DNA from: Hydrolagus affinis
Taxonomy: Eukaryota
NCBI GenBank assembly: GCA_012026655.1
Contig: JAAILG010000007.1
Location: 124,001-188,000 of the forward strand
Length of the DNA stretch: 64,000 nt
Direction of reading: 5' to 3'
Position 1 is the first letter of the stretch. Every line of letters begins with the position of its first letter. The translations under genes and the position numbers were made by a program. Below the pieces are notes generated by a model that worked only from the letters and a program-made list of their open reading frames with translations, made no database searches and was not told the origin of the DNA. Of the stretch, positions 47,569 to 59,232 are shown piece after piece.

Positions 47569-48705
47569 GTATAGCACCAGCGGAAGATTTTATGGCATCT
47601 TCGTTCATACTCGGTTTGGCTGTCTGTTTCCATCCTTTGAATGAAATTTGTGTTTACATTTTTTAGCCATTTCTCAATCACTGTCCAGATATTGATTCTG
47701 GTTCTTCTTGTTGTGGTGGAATTAATCATCACCATATTCAGTCACCCATGTTCTATTCTGTTACAGTTCTGTGATACCTGTGTGTTTGTGTTTTACATCT
47801 GTGAATGTCCTTCACAACGACAACAAAACAAAACTACATTTATCGAGTACCTTTCTCATCCAAGGCGATGGCGTATCTAGTAATCGCAACATACAGTGGA
47901 AATGTTTAGTATATTTCAGTTAATTCCTGTCACATTAGTGCAACACATTTCTTAGTCAATTTATTGTGAGTGATTTTCTTAACCATTTTAAATTGGTGAC
48001 GTTATCACCAATAGTTTTAGCTTAGAGCAGGATTGGACCCTTGACCTTCACAAATCTCGATGTGGGATGTCCTCCTGACGTGAAAGGCGCTATAGTAAAC
48101 ATAATTTTGTTATTGTTAGTGACTTTGACAGTGATTGCAGTTGGCTCACTGCATTATTCTTTTAATATAATATTAAACAAACAATAAATTACGTTTATAA
48201 AGTCCCTTTCCATTCAGGTGGATGCCCCAAAGCATTAGACAGTCAAGGGTTTGCATCCCAGCTGGGGGATATAATCAACAGGGGGTGGAGGGCAAGTGCG
48301 TTGGGTGGGTGGCCAAACGCATAGTGAAAGAGAAAGGTCTTGAGTCGGGTCTTGAAGGAGGCAAACACGGGGCTGAGGTAGAGGGATTTGGGGATGGAAT
48401 TCCAAGGGTAGAGGCAGAAACGCTGATGGCTGGACTGCCAGTTGTGTAAAGTAGAGTAATTTGTAGTCACATTTCTAACTTATCAAGGCAAAAAGTCCCT
48501 GTTAATTCCAGGACTTGTCCAGGGTAACAACACTTTATTTTGACAAGTGATTTTACCTTTGATGCACTCATGCATTTCATGTACCATCAATATGTCGTCT
48601 TGAGTACGTTTCCCTGTGATGTTTCTTGTTATCTTGGTTTACGTGACTTCAATGTTATGTGTATTCTTATGCGAATCTTTTCTTAAACAACGCTATTCTT
48701 TAAAG

Positions 48706-48789
48706 TGCCGGAGGTTCCTAAGAAGCCGATGGCTGAAGAAGTCAAACCTGTTACTGTTCTTAGAAGGAAGGTGTCTCCTCCAATTGAAG
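48706..48789 (+). CDS. ttn: Titin PEVK exon (84 nt)
   Basis: VPEVPKKPMAEEVKPVTVLRRKVSPPIE. Confidence 0.88.
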
Positions 48790-49019
48790 GTACAAAAACA
48801 ATGGGAGACTTTATATATAACATTTTCAGTGTGGCTGCACGTACACATCATTAGATAGAAAACCGTGTCTGTTTCATTGTCACCTCACAAACTCTGTCCA
48901 GCTTCAGCTTTTGGTTCTTCGTCTGGCATTAGTTGGTCTTGTCTGTGACGTTAGTGTGTTCAATGTTCTGTGTATTTTCTTGAATAAATCATTTCCTAAA
49001 ATGCTAATATTCTTAAAAG

Positions 49020-49103
49020 TGCCAGAAGTCCCTAAGAAGACAATAGTTGAAGAAATGAAACCTGTTACTGTTCCAAGAAGGAAGGAGATTCCTCCGATTG
49101 AAG
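49020..49103 (+). CDS. ttn: Titin PEVK exon (84 nt)
   Basis: VPEVPKKTIVEEMKPVTVPRRKEIPPIE. Confidence 0.88.
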
Positions 49104-49970
49104 GTACAGCACGAGAGAGAGATTTTATGACATCTTCATTCATACTCAGTTTGGCTGTCTGTTCCATCATTTGAATGAAAATTGTGTCTGCATTTTTCAG
49201 CCATTTCTCACTCACTGTCCAGATATTGATTCTGGTTCTTCGTGTTGAGGTGGAATTAATCATCACCATATTCAGTCATCCATGTTCTTTTCTGTTACAG
49301 TGTTGTGATACCTATGGTGTTTGTGTTTTACATCTGTGTCTTTCATGCTGTCATGTGCAGTAACTGCAACATATAGGGGTGAAGTTTAGTATATTTCAGT
49401 TAACTACTGTGACATTGATGCAACACATTTCTTGGTCAATTTACTGAGGGTGATTTTCTGAACCCCTTTAAATTGGTGACTTTATCACCAATGGGGTTGG
49501 TTACTTTACTCTATTTCAACCAGGAAATTGACAGATTGATATGGTGTCAGGTTAGAGCAGGATTGGACCCTTAACATTCATAAATCTCAATTGGTGACTG
49601 CCAGTAATTGCAGTTGGCTCACTGCATTATTTGTTTAATGTAATATTAAATATTAAATAATGTAATATTAAATATTGAGTCAGGTCTCAAAGGAGGCAAG
49701 GGAGGGAGCAATGCGGAGGGATTCCGAGATGGAATTCCAAAAGCATAGCAGCAGAAACACTGAAGGACCATATAAAGTAGAGTAATTTATAGTCACATTT
49801 CTACGTTATCAAGGCCAAAAGTCCCTGTTACTTCCAGAGCCTGTCCAGGGTAACAGCACTTTATGTTGATAAGTTTTCCTGTGATGTTTCTTGTTATCTT
49901 GGTTTACGTGACTTCAATGTTATGTGTATTCTTATGTGAATCTTTTCTGAAACAACGCTATTCTTTAAAG

Positions 49971-50054
49971 TGCCGGAGGTTCCTAAGAAGCCGATGGCTG
50001 AAGAAGTCAAACCTGTTACTGTTCTTAGAAGGAAGGTGTCTCCTCCAACTGAAG
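49971..50054 (+). CDS. ttn: Titin PEVK exon (84 nt)
   Basis: VPEVPKKPMAEEVKPVTVLRRKVSPPTE. Confidence 0.88.
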
Positions 50055-50280
50055 GTACAAAAACAATGGGAGACTTTATAATATTTTCAGTGTGGCTGCA
50101 CGTACACATCATTAGTTGGAAAACCATGTCTGTTTCATTGTCGTCTCACAAATTCTGCCCAGACTCAGCTTCTGGTTCTTCGTCTGGCGTCAGTTGGTCT
50201 TGTCTGTGACGTTAGTGTGTTCAATGTTCTTTGTATTTTCTTGAATGAATCATTTCCTAAAATGCTAATATTCTTAAAAG

Positions 50281-50364
50281 TTCTGGAGGCTCCTACGAAG
50301 ACAGTAGTTGAAGAAGTGAAACCTATTACTGTTCGAAGAAGGAAGGAATCTCCTCCGACTGAAG
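50281..50364 (+). CDS. ttn: Titin PEVK exon (84 nt)
   Basis: VLEAPTKTVVEEVKPITVRRRKESPPTE. Confidence 0.86.
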
Positions 50365-51164
50365 GTACAAAACAAGTGGGAGATTTTATAAAATCTTTGT
50401 TTGTGCTCTGGTCTGTTCCCACCATAAGAATGAAAACTGTGTCTACATTTCATGGTTGTCTCTCAAAGCTCGGTCCAGTCTTAGTTACTGGTTCTTCTTG
50501 TTGTGTTGGAATTAATCAACACTATATTAAGTCATCGATGTTTGTTTTGTTCATGATACCCATGTGTTTGTGTGTTTTACGTCTGTGTATATCTTTCGTG
50601 TTTATCACATGCAGTAATTGCAACATGCAGAGAAAAGGTTTAGCATATTTCAGTTAACATACTTTCAATTCCATGGAACAAGTTGTTGGTCCATTTTATT
50701 GAACCCCATTAAATTGGTGGCTTTGTCATCAATGGGGTTACCTTACTCTTCTCCAACCAGGAAATTTATAGACTGATATGATGTCACCTTCGAGTAAGAT
50801 TGGACCATTAAAAATAAATCTTAGTTGAAGACTGTCAAATGACTGGTAGAATCAACATATTATTCATAATGTAATATTAAAATGCTTTTTAAAACAAAAT
50901 ATGCTTTATTCATATCATGGGATGAATTATAAATTATAGTCAAATTTCTAATGTATTAGTGCAAATAGCTTTTGTAAAAATTGCTGAGACTGAGCAAAGT
51001 AACAATACAAGTGATTTTGTTTTGAGTTAATATTTTTGATTCACCAATTTATATTGACTTGAGTTCGTTCTCCTGTGATGTTTCTTGTTTTCCTGGTTTA
51101 CTTGCCTTCGATGTTATATATATTCTTGGCTGAATCTTTTCTTAAACAATAATATTCTTTAAAG

Positions 51165-51248
51165 TGCCAGAAATTCCTGAGAAGCCAGTGGTGGACGAAG
51201 TGAAACCAGTTACTGTTCCTAAAAGGAAGGAGGCTCCACCCATTGAAG
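51165..51248 (+). CDS. ttn: Titin PEVK exon (84 nt)
   Basis: VPEIPEKPVVDEVKPVTVPKRKEAPPIE. Confidence 0.88.
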
Positions 51249-52145
51249 GTACAAAAAAAAGGAGATTTTATTTAAAAAAAATCAGTGCAGTGGTCTATTT
51301 TGACCATTAGAATGAAAATTGTGTCCATGTTTCTTGTGTGTTTCTGAAACTCTTGTCCAGTCTTAGCTTCTGTTTTTTTGTTGTGGTGGAATTAATCACC
51401 ACCGTATTCATTAATTGATATCTGTGATACCCGTGTGTTTGTGTTTTTACATTTGTGTATATCTTTCATGTTGTCATATTCAGCAACTACAAAATACATG
51501 TAAAATGTTCAGCATATTTCAGTTAATTATTGTCAATTCCTTGGGCCTAGTTCTTGTTCAATTTATTGAGTGATTTTCTGCCCACGATGAAATGAAATGG
51601 CCACTACCAATATAGGTTAAAAGAAAACACAGAAAGAAATGTAATTTGTGAGACACATTTCTAACAAATCTGTGCGAAAGTTCCCTATTAATTCCAGTTA
51701 CTGTTCAAAGTAACAATAACAGCACTTTGCATTGACAAGTGGTTTCACTTTTGATTTGTTTTTCATTCAACAACATATGTTATCTTCAAGGCTGGCATAG
51801 GCTGACTTAAATCATTGTGTTTACAGAGAGCACAGTAAACGCAGAGTAATTCATAGTCAAATTTCTTCTGTAAAATGCATAAGGTCTGTGTTAGTTCCAG
51901 ATACTGTCCAATATGATGACAGCAACAGTTTATTTTGACAAGTAGTTCTCCTTTTCACTTGGTAATTATCCACAAATGTTGTCTTGGGTATGTTTTTCAG
52001 TGAAATTTCATCTAATCTTGACTTGTGTGCCTTGGCACGTCCTCCAGATGTGAAAGGCATTCTACAAATGTAATTTTGTTGTTGTTGTTCAATGTTACAC
52101 TTACTCTCGTATGAATCTTTTCTTAAACAACTATATTCTTTAAAG

Positions 52146-52226
52146 CGCCAGAGGTTCCCAAGAAGCCAGTGGCTGTAGAAGTGAAACCAGTCGATGTTCC
52201 AGAAAGGAAGAAATCTCCAATTGAAG
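52146..52226 (+). CDS. ttn: Titin PEVK exon (81 nt)
   Basis: APEVPKKPVAVEVKPVDVPERKKSPIE. Confidence 0.87.
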
Positions 52227-52502
52227 GTACAAACAAACCAAGAGGGAGATTTTATAAAATCTTCTTTGCGTGCTGTATTTGTGTGCCCAATTTAGAATGA
52301 AAACTGTGTCAACGTCTCCCATTCATATCTCAAACTCTGTCCACGCTCAGCATTGTGTCCTTTTGGTTTGGGTGGAATTAATCATCTCCATTTCTATTCC
52401 TCAATGTTGGGTTCTGTTGCGATGATAGATTTTGTGTTTCATGTTACCGTGTATTGCTCAAGTTGCCATGGATTGTGGTTGTAAGGTGAATTTATCAAAT
52501 CT

Positions 52503-52700
52503 AACAGTGTAGAAGGAGGCCAATCGGCCCATTGTGCCTGTGCCAGCTTTTTGAAAGAGCTATTCAATTGATTCCACTCCCCCACTCTTACCCCCATTGC
52601 CCTGCATTTTGTTCCTTTACAAATACCCATCCAATTCCCCTTTGAACACCTGCTATCAAATCTACTTCCATCTCCCTTTCAGATAGTACATTCCAGAACA
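52503..52700 (-). mobile_element. CR1-type LINE 3' fragment
   Basis: 'agaaggaggccaatcggcccattgtgcctgtgccagctttttgaaagagc' is the reverse of a CR1 3' end. Confidence 0.7.
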
Positions 52701-53194
52701 TGGTAATTCAGGGAAATATTTAGTTATTTTCAGTTGATGTGTGATAAGGAGCAAATATCTACTGGTGCGCTTTGAATATTTGTGCAACTCATAATGTTTC
52801 ATTAAATACAAAGCCATTAGAAGTAATAAATCCTAATAAAAACAAGCCGACTTGATTCATCATAATAAGTAAAATGGTGTGTGTTTAAAAGAAAGATATC
52901 TTGAGTAAAGCTAATTTCTTTATAAAGAAGGTAAACCTACCAAAAGATCAAATGGATTTGATTTGATATTATCAGTGTAGAAGAAACCTTGCTCTATCCA
53001 GTCACTAAGCAAAAATTGGATCACAAATGGTTATAATATTCCTGTTTTGATTGATTCATGTGACTGTGTTGTCTTTGTCTATCATATGCGTTTTTCATGT
53101 CACCGTAGATTTGTTATTTACATTGTCGCAAACAAATGGCGCATTTCTAGTTTCTTGACCAAATCTTTTCCTAAAACAATGATATTCTTTAAAG

Positions 53195-53269
53195 TTCCTA
53201 AGAGGCCAGTGGCTGAAGAAGTCAAACCCATTTCCATTCCAAGAAGGAAGGAGATACCTCCAGCTGAAG
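53195..53269 (+). CDS. ttn: Titin PEVK exon (75 nt; first 9 nt deleted relative to paralogues)
   Basis: ctttaaag|VPKRPVAEEVKPISIPRRKEIPPAE|gtaca. Confidence 0.87.
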
Positions 53270-53804
53270 GTACAAATTCTAAGAGAAAGAATGTTATAAA
53301 AATCTTAATTCTTACTCAGTGTGGTGTTCTATTCACACTATATGTTTGTCTGAATGGTGTGTTGTCAGCCATGTCTCGAACTATGTCCAGATTCTGCTTC
53401 TGATTCTTCATGTGGTAGAAACAATCTTCGTTGTGCGTTAGTCATAGATGTTCTGTTGCCATGTTGTGCTGTTGGAGATTATGTTTCACATCTGTGACCT
53501 GTTGTTCCATATTGTCACAAACAATAGCTTCCACACATTGGGGAAATGTATAACACATTTCTGATCACTTGTGTGGTCAGTGGGATCATGCACTTGGCAA
53601 TTTTTAAGAAGTAATTCTCCACACATCGATAAAATTTGTGATTTTGGCAGGTTGGGGGCTACCTTATTTTTTGATGATCAGTGTGTTTACTGACCGGTGT
53701 TTTTACCGAGAGGAAGCTCATTCTACAGTAAACTCACACTACAATAAGGAAAATACATTTACTGATTCATATCTCATATACACTACAAAAGTGTTAAAAG
53801 TATG

Positions 53805-53902
53805 AAACAAAAATCGCTGGGAACACTCAGCAGGTCAGGCAGCAAGTATGGAGAAAGGAAAGTGAGTCAACGTTTCGAGTCCACAATCCTTCATCAGATC
53901 TG
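53805..53902 (-). mobile_element. Penelope-like element remnant carrying a degenerate hammerhead ribozyme motif
   Basis: Minus strand reads cagat-CTGATGA-aggattgtggactc-GAAACGTT-gactc...tgctgcctgacctgctgagtgttcccagcgatttttgttt. Confidence 0.65.
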
Positions 53903-54283
53903 CTAAAAGTATATTTTATCTGTATTATAAATTGATTCAAATCATCATTTGGATATTTAAAATTTGAATTCATATAGAGAGGAAACAACATTTTAAAAAT
54001 TACCAGTAACATCTATATTTTATCGACATTGAAAGTGCCACATTTATCCCAAATATTCACCGAACATTCCACATTGTTAACTGATATTAAGTATCATCTT
54101 GAACCAGTTTTATATGCTGTGCGTGTGTTTCATGTTAGTGAGTCTTGTTATATGTTTAAATGTTCCAAGACACTGCCCGCATGAAGGGCGCTTTATGAAT
54201 CCAAGTTGATGTTGTTGTATGTCTACACAGTTATATGTATGTTCTTGAGTCAATCTTTACTTCAACGTTAATATTCTTTGAAG

Positions 54284-54367
54284 TGCCCGAGATTCCTGAG
54301 AAGCCGGTGACTGATGAAGTTAAACCCATCGCAGTCCCTAAAAGAAAGGAAACTCCTCCAACTCAAG
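54284..54367 (+). CDS. ttn: Titin PEVK exon (84 nt)
   Basis: VPEIPEKPVTDEVKPIAVPKRKETPPTQ. Confidence 0.88.
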
Positions 54368-54689
54368 GTACAAAACTAGACAGAGATCTTATAAAACCTG
54401 AATCCTTCTTCAGTGTGCCAGTCTGTTTCCAACATTACAATGGAAAGTTGATCCCCGTTTATCTTGCTCCTCTCTCAAACTCTGCCCAGAATCTACTTCT
54501 GGTGAAATTAATCATCACGCTATTTATTCACAGTAATGTTGGAGTTTCAAGTTTTACATCTTTGTGTGTTTTTTTTCCCATGTTGTTTTAAATAGTGGCT
54601 GTCTTGTATGTGGAACTGTTTGATTTGTTCAGTATTAGCATTATTTGGTGGAGCAGAACTTATATTATTTTCAGAGCCAGTCCAGATCC

Positions 54690-55245
54690 CTGTTGTCTTT
54701 TTGACCCTCAACTGTCCTTTCTGCCCCACCACCATGAACCTTTCTGCCTCCCCCACCTCCACCACTGCCTCTCTCCTCGGGGCCCCCGAGTCCCTCCATT
54801 ACATCTAGGCTCAACTTTGCTAACTACCTGCTTATTGGCATTCCCAGCTCTTTCTTCTGCATGCTGCAGATCATCCAGAACACTGCAGCTCGGGTCCTCT
54901 CCCACACCAGGCTCCCAAGACCCTATCACCCCCAAGCTCGCCCAGCTCCAATGGCTCCCCATCTCCCAGAGGATAGAGATAAAAATCCTTGTCCTCACCT
55001 TCAAAGCCTTCCAAGGGCTTGCTCCTCCCTACTTTTGTGACTTTTTAACTCCATATCAATCTGTCTGCTCCCTCAGCTCAGCAAGCTCCAATCTGCTCCA
55101 CATCCACCACCCAGCCCTCCCCACCATTGACAGTTGGGCCTTCAGCCTCTTTCACCCCATCCTTTGGAACTCCATCCCAATTTCCTTATTGTCCAGTACC
55201 TTGGGACATCCTCCCGACATTAAAGGTGCTATACAAATGTAGCAA
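54690..55245 (+). mobile_element. L2-type LINE ORF2 3' fragment, frameshifted
   Basis: PITPKLAQLQWLPISQRIEIKILVLTFKAFQGLAPPY is the typical L2 ORF2 C-terminus; tail 'aaaggtgctatacaaatgt'. Confidence 0.85.
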
Positions 55246-55490
55246 CAACATTTAATTATCAAAATTAGAGATCTTGTTTCAAATCTATATATAATATATT
55301 ATAACTCTATAAAAATATAACTGCAAAGCTAAAATAATAATCCTTCCATTTGTTGTTGATTCACTTTGTCTTGTTTTAACTAGTTTTGTCTGTCATGTCC
55401 ACATTTCCTTGAGTTACTACTTCTCTGTGTGAAAAGATCTGTATATTTTCCTGAGTGAATCACTCCCTAAAACAATAATATTCTTTAAAG

Positions 55491-55574
55491 TGCCGGAGGT
55501 TCCTAAGAAGCCAGTGGTTGAAGAAGTCAAAACAGTTACTGTTCCAAGAAGAAAGGTGTCTCCACCCACTGAAG
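55491..55574 (+). CDS. ttn: Titin PEVK exon (84 nt)
   Basis: VPEVPKKPVVEEVKTVTVPRRKVSPPTE. Confidence 0.88.
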
Positions 55575-55831
55575 GTACAATACTAAAAAGATAGCATTTA
55601 TAAAAATCTTCATCCTTAGTTAGTGTGATTACAAGTTCCCATCATTAGAATGAAAACTGCGTCTACATTTCACAAGCGTCTCTTAAACTCTGTCCAGATT
55701 CAGCTTCTGGTTCTTCTTCTGATGTTGTTTTCTGTCGGTTTTGTCTGTGACATTTAGTGTTAGTTTGTGTGTTCAACCTTCTGTGTATTTTCTTGAGTGA
55801 AAGTTTCCTAAAATGCAAATGTTCTTTAAAG

Positions 55832-55915
55832 TGCCGGAGGCTCCTCAGAGACCAGTGGCTGAAGAAGTGAAACCAGTTACTGTTCCTAGAAAGAAGGAGG
55901 TTCCTCCGATTGAAG
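55832..55915 (+). CDS. ttn: Titin PEVK exon (84 nt)
   Basis: VPEAPQRPVAEEVKPVTVPRKKEVPPIE. Confidence 0.88.
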
Positions 55916-56384
55916 GTACAAAGCAAATTTTATTGCAGTTACAAGTTCCCATTCTTCTTCGAATTCTTCGTAGAAGGATCTTCATTTCTTGGTAATGGTT
56001 CTAATGGGAATGAGTCAACACCATATTTATTCATTGATGTTCTGCTACAGTCTTTGTGATGTGTGAGTTTATGTTTTACTTTGTCGGTGTTAGAATGAAG
56101 AGTAGTTGTAGCATGATAACATTTTATGATAACTTGTGAAGCAACATATTCTTGCAACGTATTTCAATGTTTGCAGAACTCATAATGCTTCAGTGAATTA
56201 AAAATCCACAAGAAATGATATCCAATATTAATTACAAACTATGAAGGATTATATTTCAAAATGCTTGAACAAAACCAAACTGCAAAATGTATTTTAGTTG
56301 TAAAGAGAGTAGCAATATTCCCAAATCATTTGCTGCTCAATGTGTATTCTCTCAGTGCAGAAGAGTCCCAGTTTTTGTCCAGCT

Positions 56385-56550
56385 AATAATAATATAATAA
56401 TAATGCTCGCATTTGATGTAGCACCTTATCATGTCTTTGAGACGTCTCAAAAGGCTTCACGGAAAAAGTGTAAAGTGAATTGACTGTATATTTTGTGGGA
56501 CAATCTCGGCAGCCGATAGCCCACCAACAGTTGTGGATTGAGTGACCAAA
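56385..56550 (-). mobile_element. tRNA-SINE 3' half
   Basis: (TAA)n + 'gcatttgatgtagcaccttatcatgtc...gtaaagtgaattgactgtatattttgtggg'. Confidence 0.78.
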
Positions 56551-56762
56551 TTTTTTTCTTTTGAACATCACGACACATTATTTTTTAAATAAACTTTTAC
56601 TTTGATGTATTATTCATAGTTTTGGTTCAATGCAGTGTGTTGTCTTCAGTCAGTGTTTGCTCTGTCATGTGTGTCATTTTACTGTGGGATGTTATTTGTA
56701 CGTCTCCTGTTATACATGTTTTCTTGAGTGAATCTATGCTTACACGATAATATTCTTTAAAG

Positions 56763-56846
56763 TGCCGGAGGTTCCTAAGAAACCAGTGGCTGAAGAAGTC
56801 AAACCTGTCACTGTTCCAAGAAGAAAAGAGATTTCTCCTGCTGAAG
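56763..56846 (+). CDS. ttn: Titin PEVK exon (84 nt)
   Basis: VPEVPKKPVAEEVKPVTVPRRKEISPAE. Confidence 0.88.
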
Positions 56847-57098
56847 GTACACAACTAAGAGAGAGATTTCATAAAATCTTCATTCTTAATCAGTGTGACT
56901 ACAAGTTCCCATCATTAAAATAAAAACGTGTCTATACTTCTCTTAAACTTCTGTCCAGACCCCGCTTATGGTTCTTCTTCTGATCTTGTTTGCTGCTGGT
57001 TTTGTCTGTGAAGTTTAAATGTTACTACTTTATGTGTTGAGCTTTCCATATATTTTTTGGAGTGAATCGTTCCCTAAACCGTTAATATTCTTTTAAAG

Positions 57099-57182
57099 TG
57101 CCGGAGGTTCCCAAGAAACCAATGGCTGAAGAAGTCAAACCTGTCACTGTTCCAAGAAGAAAAGAGATTTCTCCTGCTGAAG
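57099..57182 (+). CDS. ttn: Titin PEVK exon (84 nt)
   Basis: VPEVPKKPMAEEVKPVTVPRRKEISPAE. Confidence 0.88.
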
Positions 57183-57434
57183 GTATACAACTAAGAGAGA
57201 GATTTCATAAAATCTTCATCCTTAATCAGTGTGACTACAAGTTCCCATCATTAAAATAAAAACGGTGTCTATACTTCTCTTAAACCTCTGTCCAGACCCC
57301 GCTTATGGTTCTTCTTCTGATCTTGTTTGCTGCTGGTTTTGTCTGTGAAGTTTAAATGTTACTACTTTATGTGTTGAGCTTTCCATATATTTTTTGGAGT
57401 GAATCGTTCCCTAAACCATTAATATTCTTTAAAG

Positions 57435-57517
57435 TGCTGGAGGTTCCTAAGAAACCAATGGCTGAAGAAGTCAAACCTGTTACTGTTCCAAAAAGAAAGG
57501 CGTCTCCGCCAACTGCG
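57435..57517 (+). pseudogene. ttn: PEVK exon copy with 1-nt deletion (83 nt, frame-shifting)
   Basis: VLEVPKKPMAEEVKPVTVPKRKASPPTA ends ACTGCG|gtacaa instead of ACTGCAG|gtacaa. Confidence 0.7.
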
Positions 57518-58470
57518 GTACAAAACTAAGAGAGATTTTAGAAAACCTTGCTCATTACCGAGTGCCCATCTTTAGAAATGAAAACTGTCTCCCCATTTCT
57601 TCGTTCATTCATCTCTCAACTTTTTGTTCTGGTGGAATTAAACACCATTTTTTTAAATTCACTTGTTCTTTATTGTGTGTCAATCTTTATTCATCAAAGT
57701 TGTGTTCTGTTGCAGTGTTGTGATGTCCCATTTTGTGTCCATATCCGTCTGTGTCTTTCATATTCTCATTAAATAGCAGTTGTAACTTTATATTTTCAAG
57801 AGGAAATTGTAATAGGACTACAGGCTTGCCAAGAATTCAACTGAAATGCATTCTAGGACACCAAACGTTCCCACCTGGCCTTAGAATTCCTCCATTTAAG
57901 AAGCATTTTAAAGTGTGCAACATTTGGCAAATTGGTGAATTTAGTCTTAACTTTGAAGTTGATTTTCTTTAGCTCTTAAAACAACTTACACAAAAATTGT
58001 TTCGAAATAGAGGAGGCATTCAAGAATATGCTAAAATGTTGCATAAATAAAGTAAACTGAGACCCAGATTGAATTTTCACCTACTAACTGCCAAGCTCAC
58101 TAAATCTGTAAATAAGAATTCAGCCCCAAACCAATGGACATTATGATATGTTTTTACCAAGTTTTATAAGCCGACCTGCTTTGAAGTTTGGATATTTGGG
58201 TAAATAATTATTATTTGTGACGCTAAACCATTTCAAATAATTCTTGCATCTCATGGATTTACACCCTTTGTTGTATCAATGTTGAAGGGTGCCTATTAAT
58301 TCCAGCTGTCATCCAAAATCCTTGCTATTCGCTCCCAAGACTGCTCACTAAATGTGTCATCTTGAGGGAGTTTTAACTGCTATGTATGTGTGGATCATTA
58401 CTTTTATGTCTACAAAGTTGTTTGTATTATCTTGAGTGGATCTTTTCTTAAACAATAATATTCTTTAAAG

Positions 58471-58554
58471 TGCCTGAAGTTCCTAAGAAGCCAGTGGCTG
58501 AAGAAGTGAAACCAGTTACTGTTGCAAGAAAGAAGGAGATTCCTCCAATTGAAG
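58471..58554 (+). CDS. ttn: Titin PEVK exon (84 nt)
   Basis: VPEVPKKPVAEEVKPVTVARKKEIPPIE. Confidence 0.88.
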
Positions 58555-59232
58555 GTACAAAATTAACTGGAAGTATTCTATAAAACCTTGGTTCTTATTC
58601 AGTGTATTGGGCGGGTCTGTTCCCACCATGAGAATGAAAACTGCATTTATCAGCCATTCCTTAACTCTGCTGCTCATTCTTATTTGTGGCAAAATTAACC
58701 ACCACAATGTTCTGTTCTGTAACAGTGTTTCAAAGTCAGAGTTTATGTTTTCCGTTTGTGTTTCTGTCGTTTGTTGTGCTAGAAATAGCAATAATAATAT
58801 TTTAATGTTAAAAATAGTTGCTTTCAAGTGCAGGCAAGATATTTGCTGAACTTATGAGTTTCATCGAATTTAACGCCAATTTGGCATGTCGTCCAATGAG
58901 TGGAAAATAGTTATTCAATATAATTCTAATATCATTTCAACATGTTTTCAATTGATATATTGTGACACTGCCAAAAAATACTTTCTCTATACTGTATATC
59001 TACACATTCAAGAAGTTTCAAAGGTATGTATATTTTCTCAGCCTCATTTAGTATATTGTGTTACCCTGGGAGTAGGTCATACACTTTCAGAAAATTGCAT
59101 CGAATTAGAGAGGAGTAGGTTTTGTCTGTTGTGAGTCTTTGTTTTTTTCTAGATCTGTCATTCAAATATCATGTAACTTGTGCTTTAATTTCTTGAGTGA
59201 ATCTCATCTCAAAATGTTCATGTTCTTTAAAG

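Larger units (their letters stand above)
42985..50364 (+). repeat. Tandem segmental array, ~5 units of 1.27-1.53 kb, each with two PEVK exons and an antisense L2 fragment
   Basis: Paired exons at 44128/44442, 45656/45968, 47173/47485, 48706/49020, 49971/50281 (periods 1528, 1517, 1533, 1265) with closely similar introns. Confidence 0.95.
56750..57545 (+). repeat. 336-bp tandem triplication of a PEVK exon plus intron
   Basis: Exon starts at 56763, 57099 and 57435 (exact 336 period); the two intervening introns are nearly identical. Confidence 0.95.

Noticed and set aside
54595-55242. 215-aa ORF as a possible nested gene
   Set aside because: It is a frameshifted L2 LINE ORF2 remnant, homologous to 62972-63646.
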